From: Escherichia coli
Lineage (GTDB): Bacteria > Pseudomonadota > Gammaproteobacteria > Enterobacterales > Enterobacteriaceae
Length of the DNA stretch: 64,000 nt
Direction: 5' to 3' (one strand)
Assembly: GCF_013122565.1 (NCBI RefSeq)
Contig: NZ_CP053258.1
The position numbers and the translations under genes were made by a program. Under the pieces are notes generated by a model that had not been told where the DNA came from, searched no databases, and saw only the letters and a list, made by a program, of their open reading frames with translations. This document shows positions 51,321 through 64,000 of this stretch, in pieces. The first letter of the stretch is position 1. Each line of letters opens with the position of its first letter.

Positions 51321-51806
51321 ATGCGTAAATTAACTGCACTGTTTGTTGCCTCTACCCTGGCTCTTGGCGCGGCTAACCTGGCCCATGCCGCAGACACCAC
51401 TACCGCAGCACCGGCTGACGCGAAGCCGATGATGCACCATAAAGGCAAGTTCGGTCCGCATCAGGACATGATGTTCAAAGACCTGAACCTGACCGACGCG
51501 CAAAAACAGCAGATCCGCGAAATCATGAAAGGCCAGCGTGACCAGATGAAACGTCCGCCGCTGGAAGAACGCCGCGCAATGCATGACATCATTGCCAGCG
51601 ATACCTTCGATAAAGCAAAAGCTGAAGCGCAGATCGCAAAAATGGAAGAACAGCGCAAAGCTAACATGCTGGCGCACATGGAAACCCAGAACAAAATTTA
51701 CAACATCCTGACGCCGGAACAGAAAAAGCAATTTAATGCTAATTTTGAGAAGCGTCTGACAGAACGTCCAGCGGCAAAAGGTAAAATGCCTGCAACTGCT
51801 GAATAA
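51321..51806 (+). CDS. spy: Periplasmic ATP-independent chaperone Spy
   Basis: 161 aa MRKLTALFVASTLALGAANLAHA... Confidence 0.95.
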   Translation: MRKLTALFVASTLALGAANLAHAADTTTAAPADAKPMMHHKGKFGPHQDMMFKDLNLTDAQKQQIREIMKGQRDQMKRPPLEERRAMHDIIASDTFDKAKAEAQIAKMEEQRKANMLAHMETQNKIYNILTPEQKKQFNANFEKRLTERPAAKGKMPATAE

Positions 51807-51829
51807 TCTTTCAGCCAAAAAACTTAAGA

Positions 51830-51890
51830 CCGCCGGTCTTGTCCACTACCTTGCAGTAATGCGGTGGACAGGATCGGCGGTTTTCTTTTC
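51830..51890 (+). terminator. Intrinsic terminator after spy
   Basis: Long stem ccgccggtcttgtccac / gtggacaggatcggcgg followed by ttttcttttc. Confidence 0.6.
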
Positions 51891-51930
51891 TCTTCTCAAA
51901 TAGTTGTAAAAAAAGCCTGATCGCCACTAA

Positions 51931-53431
<1,501 letters not shown>

Positions 53432-53444
53432 TGTTGACTCCGAA

Positions 53445-53460
53445 TGCTGGTTATCTATCC
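53445..53460. promoter_or_regulatory. LexA box (SOS operator) upstream of cho
   Basis: CTGGTTATCTATCCAG fits CTG-N10-CAG with AT-rich centre, 14 bp upstream of cho start. Confidence 0.5.
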
Positions 53461-53509
53461 AGTGTAACAGGCGGGGAGCGATTAAAAAAGAGGCGGGTCG
53501 ATGACAAAG

Positions 53510-53620
53510 GTTACACCGTCAGACGTGCTACGCCTGTCAGGCCTATTCGACTCATGCAATGTATTGAATTTGCATAGTTTTGTGGGGCGAATAAGGCGTT
53601 CACGCCGCATCCGGCGTGAA
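53510..53620. repeat. REP/BIME element between cho and nadE
   Basis: cgcctgtcaggcc ... ggcgttcacgccgcatccggcg, REP-like palindromic units. Confidence 0.6.
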
Positions 53621-53660
53621 CAAATTACTCTTTTTCGCACAAACCAGTATGTGCAAATTA

Positions 53661-54488
53661 TTACTTTTTCCAGAAATCATCGAAAACGGTAATTGGCGGA
53701 CGGCGTTTGTGTTCGGTTTTCAGATACCAGTTCTCTATTGTTCTGGCGACCTGTTCAGGTAGGTTTTTCCCTTCCAGATAGTCGTCGATATTGTCATAGG
53801 TCACGCCGAGTGCCACTTCATCTGGCAGAGAAGGGCGATCATCTTCCAGATCGGCAGTTGGGGCTTTCTTATAAAGGTGTTCCGGGCAACCTAATGCCGC
53901 CAGTAACTGTTTACCCTGACGTTTGTTGAGACGATACAGTGGATTAATGTCCGTACCGCCGTCACCATATTTAGTGAAGAATCCGGTAATGGCTTCTGCT
54001 GCATGATCGGTGCCCACCACGACACCGCTGGTCATACCCGCAATGCTATATTGTGCTTTCATCCGCTCACGCGCTTTTTCATTGCCACGGACAAAATCGC
54101 TCAGTTCAATTCCTGCTTCCCGCAATGCCTGCTCGCTGGCCAATACCGCGCCCTTGATATTAACGGTTAATACGCGATCCGGTTGAATAAAGGCAATGGC
54201 ATCCTGGCAATCTTGTTCGTCGGCCTGAACACCATAGGGCAGGCGTACGGCAATAAATTGCAGTGATTCGTTGCCGGTTTCCTGGCGCAGCTCATTAATC
54301 GCCATCTGGCACAGCTTTCCGGCAAGCGTGGAGTCCTGACCGCCGCTGATCCCTAGCACCAGTGATTTAATGAACGGATAAGTTTGCAGGTAGCTTTTCA
54401 GAAAATCGACACTACGACGAATTTCCTCTTCAGCATTAATCTGCGGTTTTGCGCCCAGCGCCTTTATTATTTGTTGTTGCAATGTCAT
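53661..54488 (-). CDS. nadE: NH3-dependent NAD+ synthetase
   Basis: 275 aa, PP-loop SGGQDS. Confidence 0.92.
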   Translation of the reverse strand: MTLQQQIIKALGAKPQINAEEEIRRSVDFLKSYLQTYPFIKSLVLGISGGQDSTLAGKLCQMAINELRQETGNESLQFIAVRLPYGVQADEQDCQDAIAFIQPDRVLTVNIKGAVLASEQALREAGIELSDFVRGNEKARERMKAQYSIAGMTSGVVVGTDHAAEAITGFFTKYGDGGTDINPLYRLNKRQGKQLLAALGCPEHLYKKAPTADLEDDRPSLPDEVALGVTYDNIDDYLEGKNLPEQVARTIENWYLKTEHKRRPPITVFDDFWKK

Positions 54489-54689
54489 TGAACCCCTCCA
54501 GACAGAAAAGACAAAACTTCCTTAAAGCTAACCCGTTGCTACTGAAACGACAAGCGACAGCGGGTTGAATGGTGGTTAAAACGTCATACAGGAATCCTCT
54601 GAAAGCGGAGCCGTTTCGTTCACGGGCTTGAAAAAGCGCCCAATGTATTCCAGGCTTATCTAACACGCTGATAAACAAGAGGACGGAAT

Positions 54690-55028
54690 ATGAACAAGAA
54701 TATGGCAGGAATTCTGAGTGCAGCGGCGGTATTAACCATGCTGGCGGGTTGTACGGCTTATGATCGTACCAAAGACCAGTTTGTACAGCCTGTGGTGAAA
54801 GACGTCAAAAAAGGCATGAGCCGGGCGCAGGTTGCACAAATTGCGGGTAAACCTTCGTCTGAAGTGAGCATGATCCATGCTCGTGGTACTTGCCAGACCT
54901 ACATCCTGGGTCAACGTGATGGTAAAGCAGAAACCTACTTTGTCGCGTTAGATGATACCGGACATGTCATCAACTCCGGTTATCAAACCTGTGCTGAATA
55001 CGACACTGATCCACAGGCTGCGAAGTAA
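54690..55028 (+). CDS. osmE: Osmotically inducible lipoprotein E
   Basis: 112 aa, lipobox LAGC. Confidence 0.9.
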
Positions 55029-55060
55029 TCACTTCGTCTGACAGCTTGAGTAACAACGGA

Positions 55061-55087
55061 AACCGGCCATTGCGCCGGTTTTTTTTG
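55061..55087 (+). terminator. Intrinsic terminator after osmE
   Basis: aaccggc-cattgc-gccggtt followed by T8. Confidence 0.65.
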
Positions 55088-55326
55088 GCCTGTGTTCTTA
55101 ATTATCTTCGCGAATTATTTGCCCGAAATGTGAAGAGGGTCATAACCACAGGTCAAGCAGAGACAATTTATAAGGTCAAAGAAATACTATTGCTCAGGTC
55201 TATACCGTATACTCCTTTCAGCCACAAAAAAAGTCATGTTGGTTTCGCAAGTTACCCAGAGCATGGAAGCAGGTTAAGGCTTGCGGAGTGTCTGGCTGAC
55301 AGATAATCGTCGATGAGGGCAGTTTT

Positions 55327-55647
55327 ATGGAAAAGAAACACATTTATCTGTTTTGTTCTGCGGGCATGTCTACCTCTTTACTGGTATCAAAAATGCGCGC
55401 ACAGGCAGAAAAATATGAAGTTCCGGTCATTATTGAAGCATTTCCGGAAACACTGGCTGGTGAAAAAGGTCAGAATGCCGATGTCGTGTTATTAGGGCCG
55501 CAGATTGCTTATATGTTGCCCGAAATCCAGCGTTTGTTACCCAACAAACCGGTTGAAGTAATTGACTCGCTGCTTTATGGCAAAGTCGATGGTTTAGGCG
55601 TGCTTAAGGCTGCGGTTGCAGCGATTAAAAAAGCCGCAGCAAATTAA
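55327..55647 (+). CDS. chbB: PTS chitobiose EIIB
   Basis: 106 aa, active-site Cys near N-terminus ([11 protein letters not shown]). Confidence 0.9.
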   Translation: MEKKHIYLFCSAGMSTSLLVSKMRAQAEKYEVPVIIEAFPETLAGEKGQNADVVLLGPQIAYMLPEIQRLLPNKPVEVIDSLLYGKVDGLGVLKAAVAAIKKAAAN

Positions 55648-55731
55648 TTTATTTTAAATTTTCCCGTCAAAGAGTTATTTCATAAATCAATACCGCAATA
55701 TTTAAATTGCGGTTTTTAAGGGTATTTTTCT

Positions 55732-57090
55732 ATGAGTAATGTTATTGCATCGCTTGAAAAGGTACTCCTCCCTTTTGCAGTTAAAATAGGAAAGCAGCCA
55801 CACGTTAATGCAATCAAAAATGGCTTTATTCGCTTAATGCCGTTAACCCTTGCGGGGGCCATGTTTGTATTAATTAACAACGTTTTTCTAAGCTTTGGGG
55901 AGGGGTCGTTTTTTTATTCTTTAGGTATTCGCCTCGACGCCTCAACCATTGAAACACTTAATGGTCTGAAAGGTATTGGCGGCAACGTATATAACGGAAC
56001 ATTAGGGATAATGTCTTTAATGGCACCGTTCTTCATTGGTATGGCGCTGGCAGAAGAGCGTAAAGTCGATGCGCTGGCGGCTGGGTTGTTATCCGTTGCA
56101 GCATTTATGACCGTCACCCCATATAGTGTCGGTGAGGCCTATGCGGTTGGCGCAAACTGGTTAGGTGGGGCGAATATCATCTCCGGGATTATTATTGGCC
56201 TGGTGGTGGCAGAAATGTTTACCTTTATTGTCCGCCGCAATTGGGTGATTAAATTGCCCGACAGCGTACCTGCTTCAGTATCGCGTTCCTTCTCGGCATT
56301 AATTCCCGGCTTTATTATTCTTTCCGTGATGGGGATTATTGCCTGGGCGTTGAATACCTGGGGCACCAACTTCCATCAGATCATTATGGATACCATCTCA
56401 ACCCCACTGGCATCGTTGGGTAGTGTGGTGGGCTGGGCCTATGTGATCTTTGTTCCACTGCTCTGGTTCTTCGGTATTCATGGTGCGCTGGCGCTGACCG
56501 CACTGGACAACGGCATTATGACGCCTTGGGCGCTGGAAAATATCGCGACCTATCAGCAATATGGTTCCGTCGAAGCGGCGCTGGCAGCCGGTAAGACCTT
56601 CCATATCTGGGCCAAGCCGATGCTGGACTCCTTTATTTTTCTTGGGGGCAGTGGTGCGACTTTAGGCCTGATCCTGGCTATCTTTATCGCCTCTCGCCGT
56701 GCTGATTATCGTCAGGTGGCAAAACTGGCGCTGCCGTCCGGCATCTTCCAGATTAACGAACCGATTCTGTTTGGTTTGCCAATTATCATGAACCCGGTGA
56801 TGTTTATCCCGTTTGTACTGGTACAACCGATTCTGGCGGCAATCACCCTGGCAGCGTACTACATGGGCATTATTCCTCCGGTGACCAATATTGCACCGTG
56901 GACCATGCCAACCGGTCTGGGAGCCTTCTTTAACACCAACGGTAGCGTCGCCGCATTGCTGGTCGCACTCTTCAACCTTGGCATCGCAACGTTAATTTAT
57001 CTGCCCTTTGTTGTGGTGGCTAACAAAGCACAAAATGCGATTGATAAAGAAGAGAGCGAAGAAGATATCGCTAACGCCCTGAAATTTTAA
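55732..57090 (+). CDS. chbC: PTS chitobiose EIIC permease
   Basis: 452-aa multi-TM. Confidence 0.9.
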
Positions 57091-57140
57091 TCGATGCCGG
57101 TACGGGTAACGCTGTACCGGGAATAAATGAGGAACGATAT

Positions 57141-57491
57141 ATGATGGATCTTGACAATATTCCTGATACGCAAACAGAAGCTGAAGAGCTGGAAGAAGTG
57201 GTGATGGGGCTTATCATCAACTCCGGACAAGCGCGCAGCCTGGCGTATGCCGCACTGAAACAGGCGAAGCAGGGCGATTTTGCCGCAGCAAAAGCCATGA
57301 TGGATCAGTCACGGATGGCATTGAATGAAGCGCATCTGGTACAGACGAAACTGATTGAAGGCGATGCGGGCGAAGGTAAGATGAAAGTGAGTCTGGTGCT
57401 GGTCCACGCTCAGGATCATTTAATGACGTCTATGCTTGCGCGTGAACTGATTACTGAATTAATTGAGCTTCATGAAAAACTGAAGGCATAA
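57141..57491 (+). CDS. chbA: PTS chitobiose EIIA
   Basis: 116 aa. Confidence 0.9.
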   Translation: MMDLDNIPDTQTEAEELEEVVMGLIINSGQARSLAYAALKQAKQGDFAAAKAMMDQSRMALNEAHLVQTKLIEGDAGEGKMKVSLVLVHAQDHLMTSMLARELITELIELHEKLKA

Positions 57492-57498
57492 GGAGTCG

Positions 57499-58341
57499 AT
57501 GATGCAGCCAGTGATTAACGCGCCGGAAATTGCCACTGCCCGGGAACAGCAGTTGTTTAATGGCAAAAACTTCCATGTGTTTATCTATAACAAAACTGAG
57601 AGTATCAGCGGACTGCATCAGCACGACTATTATGAATTTACTCTGGTATTAACCGGGCGTTATTTCCAGGAGATTAACGGTAAGCGCGTTTTACTGGAAC
57701 GGGGCGATTTTGTTTTTATTCCGTTAGGTTCGCACCATCAAAGCTTTTATGAGTTTGGTGCCACGCGCATATTGAACGTTGGGATCAGTAAACGCTTTTT
57801 TGAGCAGCATTACCTGCCGTTGTTGCCTTATTGCTTTGTAGCTTCGCAGGTATACCGGACCAATAACGCTTTTCTCACCTATATGGAAACAGTGATTTCT
57901 TCATTGAATTTCCGCGAAACAGGGCTGGAAGAGTTTGTTGAGATGGTTACTTTTTATGTCATTAACCGTTTACGTCATTACCGCGAAGAACAGGTGATTG
58001 ATGATGTACCGCAGTGGCTGAAAAGTACGGTAGAAAAGATGCATGATAAAGAGCAGTTTAGTGAATCGGCGCTGGAGAATATGGTGACGTTGTCAGCCAA
58101 ATCACAGGAATATTTGACGCGAGCGACCCAACGATATTATGGCAAAACGCCAATGCAGATTATTAATGAAATCCGTATTAATTTTGCCAAAAAACAACTG
58201 GAAATGACTAACTATTCAGTGACGGACATTGCGTTTGAGGCCGGTTATAGTAGCCCGAGTTTGTTTATTAAAACGTTTAAGAAATTAACGTCCTTTACGC
58301 CTAAGAGCTATCGTAAGAAATTGACTGAATTTAATCAGTAA
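57499..58341 (+). CDS. chbR: AraC-family dual regulator of chb operon
   Basis: 280 aa, cupin plus AraC HTH. Confidence 0.9.
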   Translation: MMQPVINAPEIATAREQQLFNGKNFHVFIYNKTESISGLHQHDYYEFTLVLTGRYFQEINGKRVLLERGDFVFIPLGSHHQSFYEFGATRILNVGISKRFFEQHYLPLLPYCFVASQVYRTNNAFLTYMETVISSLNFRETGLEEFVEMVTFYVINRLRHYREEQVIDDVPQWLKSTVEKMHDKEQFSESALENMVTLSAKSQEYLTRATQRYYGKTPMQIINEIRINFAKKQLEMTNYSVTDIAFEAGYSSPSLFIKTFKKLTSFTPKSYRKKLTEFNQ

Positions 58342-58444
58342 GTCGTTATACCTGACAATTCACATATCTGTCCTGTTGCTGGATTATTTATGTCCGGGGG
58401 GCAGATATGCAAGATATCAGTATTCTGTACTGAAGGGAGAAATT

Positions 58445-59797
58445 ATGAGCCAGAAATTAAAAGTCGTCACTATTGGTGGCGGGAGCAGCTATACCCCGGA
58501 GTTACTGGAAGGATTTATTAAGCGATACCACGAATTGCCGGTCAGCGAATTATGGCTGGTGGATGTCGAAGGTGGTAAAGCTAAACTGGATATTATTTTT
58601 GATCTCTGCCAACGGATGATTGATAACGCTGGCGTCCCGATTAAGCTTTATAAAACGCTGGATCGCCGCGAAGCATTGAAAGATGCTGATTTCGTTACTA
58701 CCCAACTGCGCGTTGGCCAATTACCGGCGCGCGAACTGGATGAACGTATTCCATTAAGTCATGGTTATCTTGGTCAGGAAACCAACGGCGCGGGCGGTCT
58801 GTTTAAAGGTCTGCGTACCATTCCGGTGATTTTTGACATCGTAAAAGATGTCGAAGAACTTTGTCCGAATGCATGGGTGATTAACTTCACTAACCCGGCG
58901 GGAATGGTCACTGAAGCCGTTTATCGTCATACCGGATTTAAACGCTTTATCGGCGTGTGTAATATTCCGATCGGCATGAAGATGTTTATTCGCGATGTTC
59001 TGATGCTGAAAGACAGCGATGATTTATCTATCGATCTGTTCGGCCTCAACCATATGGTATTCATTAAGGATGTGCTGGTAAATGGCAAATCTCGCTTTGC
59101 CGAATTACTTGATGGTGTGGCATCCGGGCAGTTAAAAGCATCTGGCGTTAAAAATATTTTCGATCTGCCATTTAGCGAAGGCTTAATTCGTTCTCTGAAT
59201 CTGTTGCCGTGTTCTTATTTGCTTTATTACTTCAAGCAAAAAGAGATGTTGGCTATTGAAATGGGCGAATACTACAAAGGTGGCGCACGAGCGCAGGTAG
59301 TACAGAAAGTCGAGAAACAACTTTTTGAGCTGTATAAAAACCCGGAGTTGAAAGTTAAGCCGAAAGAACTGGAACAGCGCGGTGGGGCTTATTACTCTGA
59401 TGCAGCGTGCGAAGTGATCAACGCTATCTACAACGACAAGCAAGCAGAACATTACGTTAATATCCCGCATCATGGGCATATTGATAATATTCCGGCAGAC
59501 TGGGCGGTAGAAATGACCTGTAAGCTGGGGCGCGATGGCGCGACGCCACATCCGCGCATTACGCATTTCGATGATAAAGTGATGGGGCTGATTCACACCA
59601 TTAAAGGCTTCGAGATTGCTGCCAGCAACGCCGCACTTAGCGGAGAATTTAACGATGTGTTACTGGCGCTAAACCTTAGTCCGTTGGTGCATTCCGATCG
59701 CGATGCTGAGCTGCTGGCACGCGAGATGATTCTGGCGCACGAGAAATGGCTGCCAAATTTTGCCGACTGCATCGCAGAGCTTAAAAAAGCACATTAA
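58445..59797 (+). CDS. chbF: Phospho-chitobiase (family 4 glycosidase)
   Basis: 450 aa from MSQKLKVVTIGGGSSYTPE (NAD-binding). Confidence 0.9.
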   Translation: MSQKLKVVTIGGGSSYTPELLEGFIKRYHELPVSELWLVDVEGGKAKLDIIFDLCQRMIDNAGVPIKLYKTLDRREALKDADFVTTQLRVGQLPARELDERIPLSHGYLGQETNGAGGLFKGLRTIPVIFDIVKDVEELCPNAWVINFTNPAGMVTEAVYRHTGFKRFIGVCNIPIGMKMFIRDVLMLKDSDDLSIDLFGLNHMVFIKDVLVNGKSRFAELLDGVASGQLKASGVKNIFDLPFSEGLIRSLNLLPCSYLLYYFKQKEMLAIEMGEYYKGGARAQVVQKVEKQLFELYKNPELKVKPKELEQRGGAYYSDAACEVINAIYNDKQAEHYVNIPHHGHIDNIPADWAVEMTCKLGRDGATPHPRITHFDDKVMGLIHTIKGFEIAASNAALSGEFNDVLLALNLSPLVHSDRDAELLAREMILAHEKWLPNFADCIAELKKAH

Positions 59798-60559
<762 letters not shown>

Positions 60560-60574
60560 GTGAGGATGTTTGCC

Positions 60575-60790
60575 AGATGCGGCGTGAACCTTGCATCCGG
60601 CGATTAATTCCTACAAAGGCGGCGTAACTGCGCCGCTTGAGACTGCTGACAAACGCAAAACTGCCTGATGCGCTTCGCTTATCAGGCCTACGCGTTTCCT
60701 GCAATATATTGAATTTGCACAGTTTTGTAGGCCGGATAAGGCGTTCACGTCGCATCCGGCATAAACAAAGCGCACTATGTAAATCATTTG
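60575..60790. repeat. BIME: cluster of REP units between chbG and katE
   Basis: gcctgatgcgcttcgcttatcaggcctac and tgtaggccggataaggcgttcacgtcgcatccggc. Confidence 0.7.
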
Positions 60791-60812
60791 AGGCGGCGCA
60801 ACTGCGCCGCCT
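60785..60812 (-). terminator. GC hairpin immediately downstream of katE stop
   Basis: Minus strand ggcggcgc-agtt-gcgccgcc then tcaaatgattt. Confidence 0.45.
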
Positions 60813-60816
60813 TCCA

Positions 60817-63078
60817 TCAGGCAGGAATTTTGTCAATCTTAGGAATGCGTGACCACACGCGGTGTGCTGCCATCAGCGTTAGCAGTTCATCCATAAAACT
60901 ACCGTCAGCGCTGTCAGCTTCCACAATCCCTTCTTCACCCTGGTCAGCGACCTCGATTGTTGCTTTAAACTTGCGCGCGTCTCCCGCAAGCGCAATCGGT
61001 TTAAGGTGTTTGTAGGCTTCCATCAGGTAGTAGTTGGCATCGCCGTTGTCAGCGATATCCGCGATATTGCCGCAAGGGACAATGACCGCATCGACCGTCA
61101 GCGAAGGTGCACCGGCAAAGGTAGCGGCTATAGGCAACACCGTACCGTCATCCGCAGTCACTTCACCCATTCGGGAGTAGAGCAGTTTGGCATGAACGCC
61201 TTTGGCCTTCAGCGCCTTGAGAATGGCCAGAAGGTCTGCCGATCTCACCTCATCATTAAGCAAAATCGCTACCACGCGACCTTTCACATCACCGTCAGGA
61301 ATGGCGTACAAACTTAAGGATGGATCCTTTTTCAGACCGTTGACGTCCGGAGGCGGGGTGATATTCAGCTGGTCGTCCGTCAGCTCGATACCGAGATTTT
61401 TCGCCACCGCCTGGGCCAGAGTGAGATCAATATGCGCCAGCTGGTCAACAACGCGCTCACGAATATACGGACGAACGACTTTGCTTAACTCAAAACTGAA
61501 ACCATCGACAATATGGCGCTGCTCGAATGGCGTCTGACTTAGCCAGAACAGACGCGGATGGGAATAATATTCGCCAAACGATGGACTGCGCTCGCGAACT
61601 TTATTTCCTTCCACGCGTTCCTGATATGATTCAAAACCGCCGCGTTTCGGCCCCGGCGGTGTTTCGCGCGGCCAGTTATCGTTGATCGAGTTCGGTTCGT
61701 AATTCGCCGGGTTAGTGTCGATCCCCATACGATGCATGCCGTCACGCTGGAAGTTGTGGTAAGGGCAGGTCGGGCGGTTAATCGGAATTTCATGGAAATT
61801 CGGCCCACCAAGACGACTGATTTGTGTATCGGTATAGGAGAACAAACGTCCCTGCAACAGCGGATCGTTGGTGAAGTCCAGTCCCGGCACGATATGCCCA
61901 GGATGGAAAGCTGCCTGTTCGTTTTCAGCAAAGAAGTTATCCGGGTTGCGATTGAGCACCATTTTGCCGACACGCTGAACGGGCACCAGTTCTTCCGGGA
62001 TAAGTTTGGTTGGATCAAGAAGGTCGAAGTCGAACTTGAATTCGTCTTCTTCAGGAATCAACTGGAAGCCCAGTTCGTATTCCGGAAAATCGCCTGCTTC
62101 AATGGCTTCCCACAACTCGCGGCGGTGGAAGTCCGGGTCACGTCCGGTGAGTTTTTGTGCTTCATCCCAAACGAGTGAGGCTTTACCTGCCAGTGGTTTC
62201 CAGTGGAAACGTACGAACGTTGCCTTCCCTTCGGCATTAATCAGGCGGAAGGTGTGAATACCGAAGCCTTCCATGGTGCGGTAACTGCGCGGGATCCCGC
62301 GATCCGACATCGCCCACATCACGTTGTGCAGAGTTTCAGGTTGCAGAGAAACGTAATCCCAGAAAGTATCGTGGGCGCTTTGCCCTTGTGGGATTGCCCA
62401 GTGTGGTTCTGGTTTTACCGCATGGACAAAATCAGGGAATTTATGCGCATCCTGAATAAAGAAGATCGGCGTGTTGTTACCAACAAGGTCAAAAATACCC
62501 TCTTCGGTATAGAACTTGGTGGCAAAACCACGGATATCTCGCACCGTGTCAGCAGAGCCTGCACCACCCTGAACGGTTGAAAAACGGACAAACACTGGAG
62601 TGATTTTATTCGGATCAGACAGGAAATCTGCTTTGGTGATATCGCTTAAGCTTTTATACGGCTGGAAATAACCATGAGCCGCAGATCCTCGCGCATGAAC
62701 AATACGCTCAGGGATACGTTCATGGTCAAAGTGAGTGATTTTCTCGCGCAGAATAAAATCTTCCAGCAGCGTTGGACCACGGTTACCGGCGCGCAGGGAG
62801 TTTTGATCATCGGCGATGCGCACACCCTGATTAGTGGTCAGCGCATAATTTTCACTGCCTTTGCGTACGTCTTCCAGAGAATTAAGTTTTTCGTTACGCG
62901 TATCAGGGGCTTTCAGACTCCCTGGGGCGGTAGGTTGTGCACCTGGCGGTGTTGGTTCAGCCGCTGGACGATGAGATCCGTCCTCAGGTGCCAGTGAGTC
63001 CATCCCCGGTTTCGCTTCGCTGGAATCGTGTAGTGGTGACTGGTGCTGATGTGGGTTCTTTTCGTTATGTTGCGACAT
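60817..63078 (-). CDS. katE: Catalase HPII
   Basis: 753 aa [19 protein letters not shown]..., large-subunit catalase. Confidence 0.95.
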   Translation of the reverse strand: MSQHNEKNPHQHQSPLHDSSEAKPGMDSLAPEDGSHRPAAEPTPPGAQPTAPGSLKAPDTRNEKLNSLEDVRKGSENYALTTNQGVRIADDQNSLRAGNRGPTLLEDFILREKITHFDHERIPERIVHARGSAAHGYFQPYKSLSDITKADFLSDPNKITPVFVRFSTVQGGAGSADTVRDIRGFATKFYTEEGIFDLVGNNTPIFFIQDAHKFPDFVHAVKPEPHWAIPQGQSAHDTFWDYVSLQPETLHNVMWAMSDRGIPRSYRTMEGFGIHTFRLINAEGKATFVRFHWKPLAGKASLVWDEAQKLTGRDPDFHRRELWEAIEAGDFPEYELGFQLIPEEDEFKFDFDLLDPTKLIPEELVPVQRVGKMVLNRNPDNFFAENEQAAFHPGHIVPGLDFTNDPLLQGRLFSYTDTQISRLGGPNFHEIPINRPTCPYHNFQRDGMHRMGIDTNPANYEPNSINDNWPRETPPGPKRGGFESYQERVEGNKVRERSPSFGEYYSHPRLFWLSQTPFEQRHIVDGFSFELSKVVRPYIRERVVDQLAHIDLTLAQAVAKNLGIELTDDQLNITPPPDVNGLKKDPSLSLYAIPDGDVKGRVVAILLNDEVRSADLLAILKALKAKGVHAKLLYSRMGEVTADDGTVLPIAATFAGAPSLTVDAVIVPCGNIADIADNGDANYYLMEAYKHLKPIALAGDARKFKATIEVADQGEEGIVEADSADGSFMDELLTLMAAHRVWSRIPKIDKIPA

Positions 63079-63281
63079 TGAACTCGTCTCCTTAATTTAA
63101 TACTGAAAGGGCCGCTGTTTTGGTCAAAAAACTCTCTAACTATAGACCACCAGCCAGATCCCGCTTCGGAGACTATTCTGGAAACGGTGTTATGAAATAC
63201 ACGCAAAGCGGGACGTACAGGGGCTAGATCGGCTAAACTACAGTTTTTCTGATTTTTAATATGCGTTTAGTGAAGCCAGTA

Positions 63282-63524
63282 ATGAAGAAACCGCTCCGCC
63301 AGCAAAACCGCCAGATTATTAGCTATGTCCCACGCACGGAACCCGCGCCGCCAGAACATGCGATAAAGATGGATTCGTTTCGTGATGTCTGGATGCTGCG
63401 TGGCAAATATGTTGCGTTTGTACTGATGGGAGAGTCATTTCTGCGCTCACCGGCGTTTACTGTGCCTGAATCCGCCCAGCGTTGGGCAAATCAGATCCGC
63501 CAGGAAGGGGAAGTGACTGAGTAA
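63282..63524 (+). CDS. cedA: Cell division modulator CedA
   Basis: 80 aa MKKPLRQQNRQIISYVPRTEPAPPEH... Confidence 0.9.
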   Translation: MKKPLRQQNRQIISYVPRTEPAPPEHAIKMDSFRDVWMLRGKYVAFVLMGESFLRSPAFTVPESAQRWANQIRQEGEVTE

Positions 63525-63812
63525 GGATTACGTATCTCCCGGTTTTGCCGGGAGTTACATGACCTGAAATTTTGTATTTCATTGCTACATTCATTCAAAC
63601 CACCTGTAACAAAAAGCTGCCTTTGACGATCTATTGCTATAAATAAGTGATCTTTTTTCTTTAATTGCTTATTTATTTTAAAATGGTTAAGTTTTGCTAA
63701 TCATGATGAGCTATTTTTGATAGTTCATCCTGTGGCGTCGCTCTTAAACTTATATTGTAAATGACTTAGATTCAAATGAGATAATAATTTTGTTGACAAT
63801 ATGAGGCGGGAG

Positions 63813-64000
63813 ATGTTTTCTACAAACTTAATACAGAGTAATTATGGTGATTTAAATATTAAAAGCCTGGCTTTCGACTCTTTTAAAGAAAGGCTGCAGT
63901 CTACTATGACAGCACTCACTTTCTTTATATCAACGGGTCAATGTGACTGCGATGAAATAGCAGAATCAAACTTTAATTATATGATTGCCTATATGTCTAA
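63813..64000 (+). CDS. ydjO: Start of putative regulator YdjO (3-prime truncated by window edge)
   Basis: Open frame from ATG 63813 (or 63801) to window end, Cys-rich N-terminus, AT-rich upstream; assigned by position after cedA. Confidence 0.45.
   Translation, partial: MFSTNLIQSNYGDLNIKSLAFDSFKERLQSTMTALTFFISTGQCDCDEIAESNFNYMIAYMS

Noticed and set aside
51330-51818. 162-aa minus-strand ORF
   Set aside because: Antisense within spy

Overview
Escherichia coli-type core chromosome segment, colinear in reverse-complement orientation with the K-12 interval fadD-rnd ... katE-cedA-ydjO. About 70 protein-coding genes are recognisable from translated sequence and gene order (gapA, gdhA, topB, selD, sppA, ansA, pncA, xthA, astCADBE, spy, cho, nadE, osmE, chbBCARFG, katE, three GGDEF diguanylate cyclases, yeaGH, ydjXYZ-ynjABCD-ynjE), plus the tiny proteins yoaI, yoaJ and yoaK that the ORF track misses. 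No rRNA, tRNA, CRISPR array, IS element or prophage was seen. Against the K-12 reference order (recalled from memory, not searched) there are three structural differences: (i) yeaV and yeaW are missing and yeaX is reduced to a 3-prime remnant ending in a 46-bp near-perfect palindrome; (ii) ydjLKJIHGFE is missing between yeaC and pncA; (iii) an extra 240-aa predicted lipoprotein gene with SIMPL/DUF541-like features sits between sppA and ansA. The third is the best candidate for something not described in the reference strain; the rest of the window is ordinary housekeeping DNA. Gene names are assigned by recognition and synteny, without any database search.
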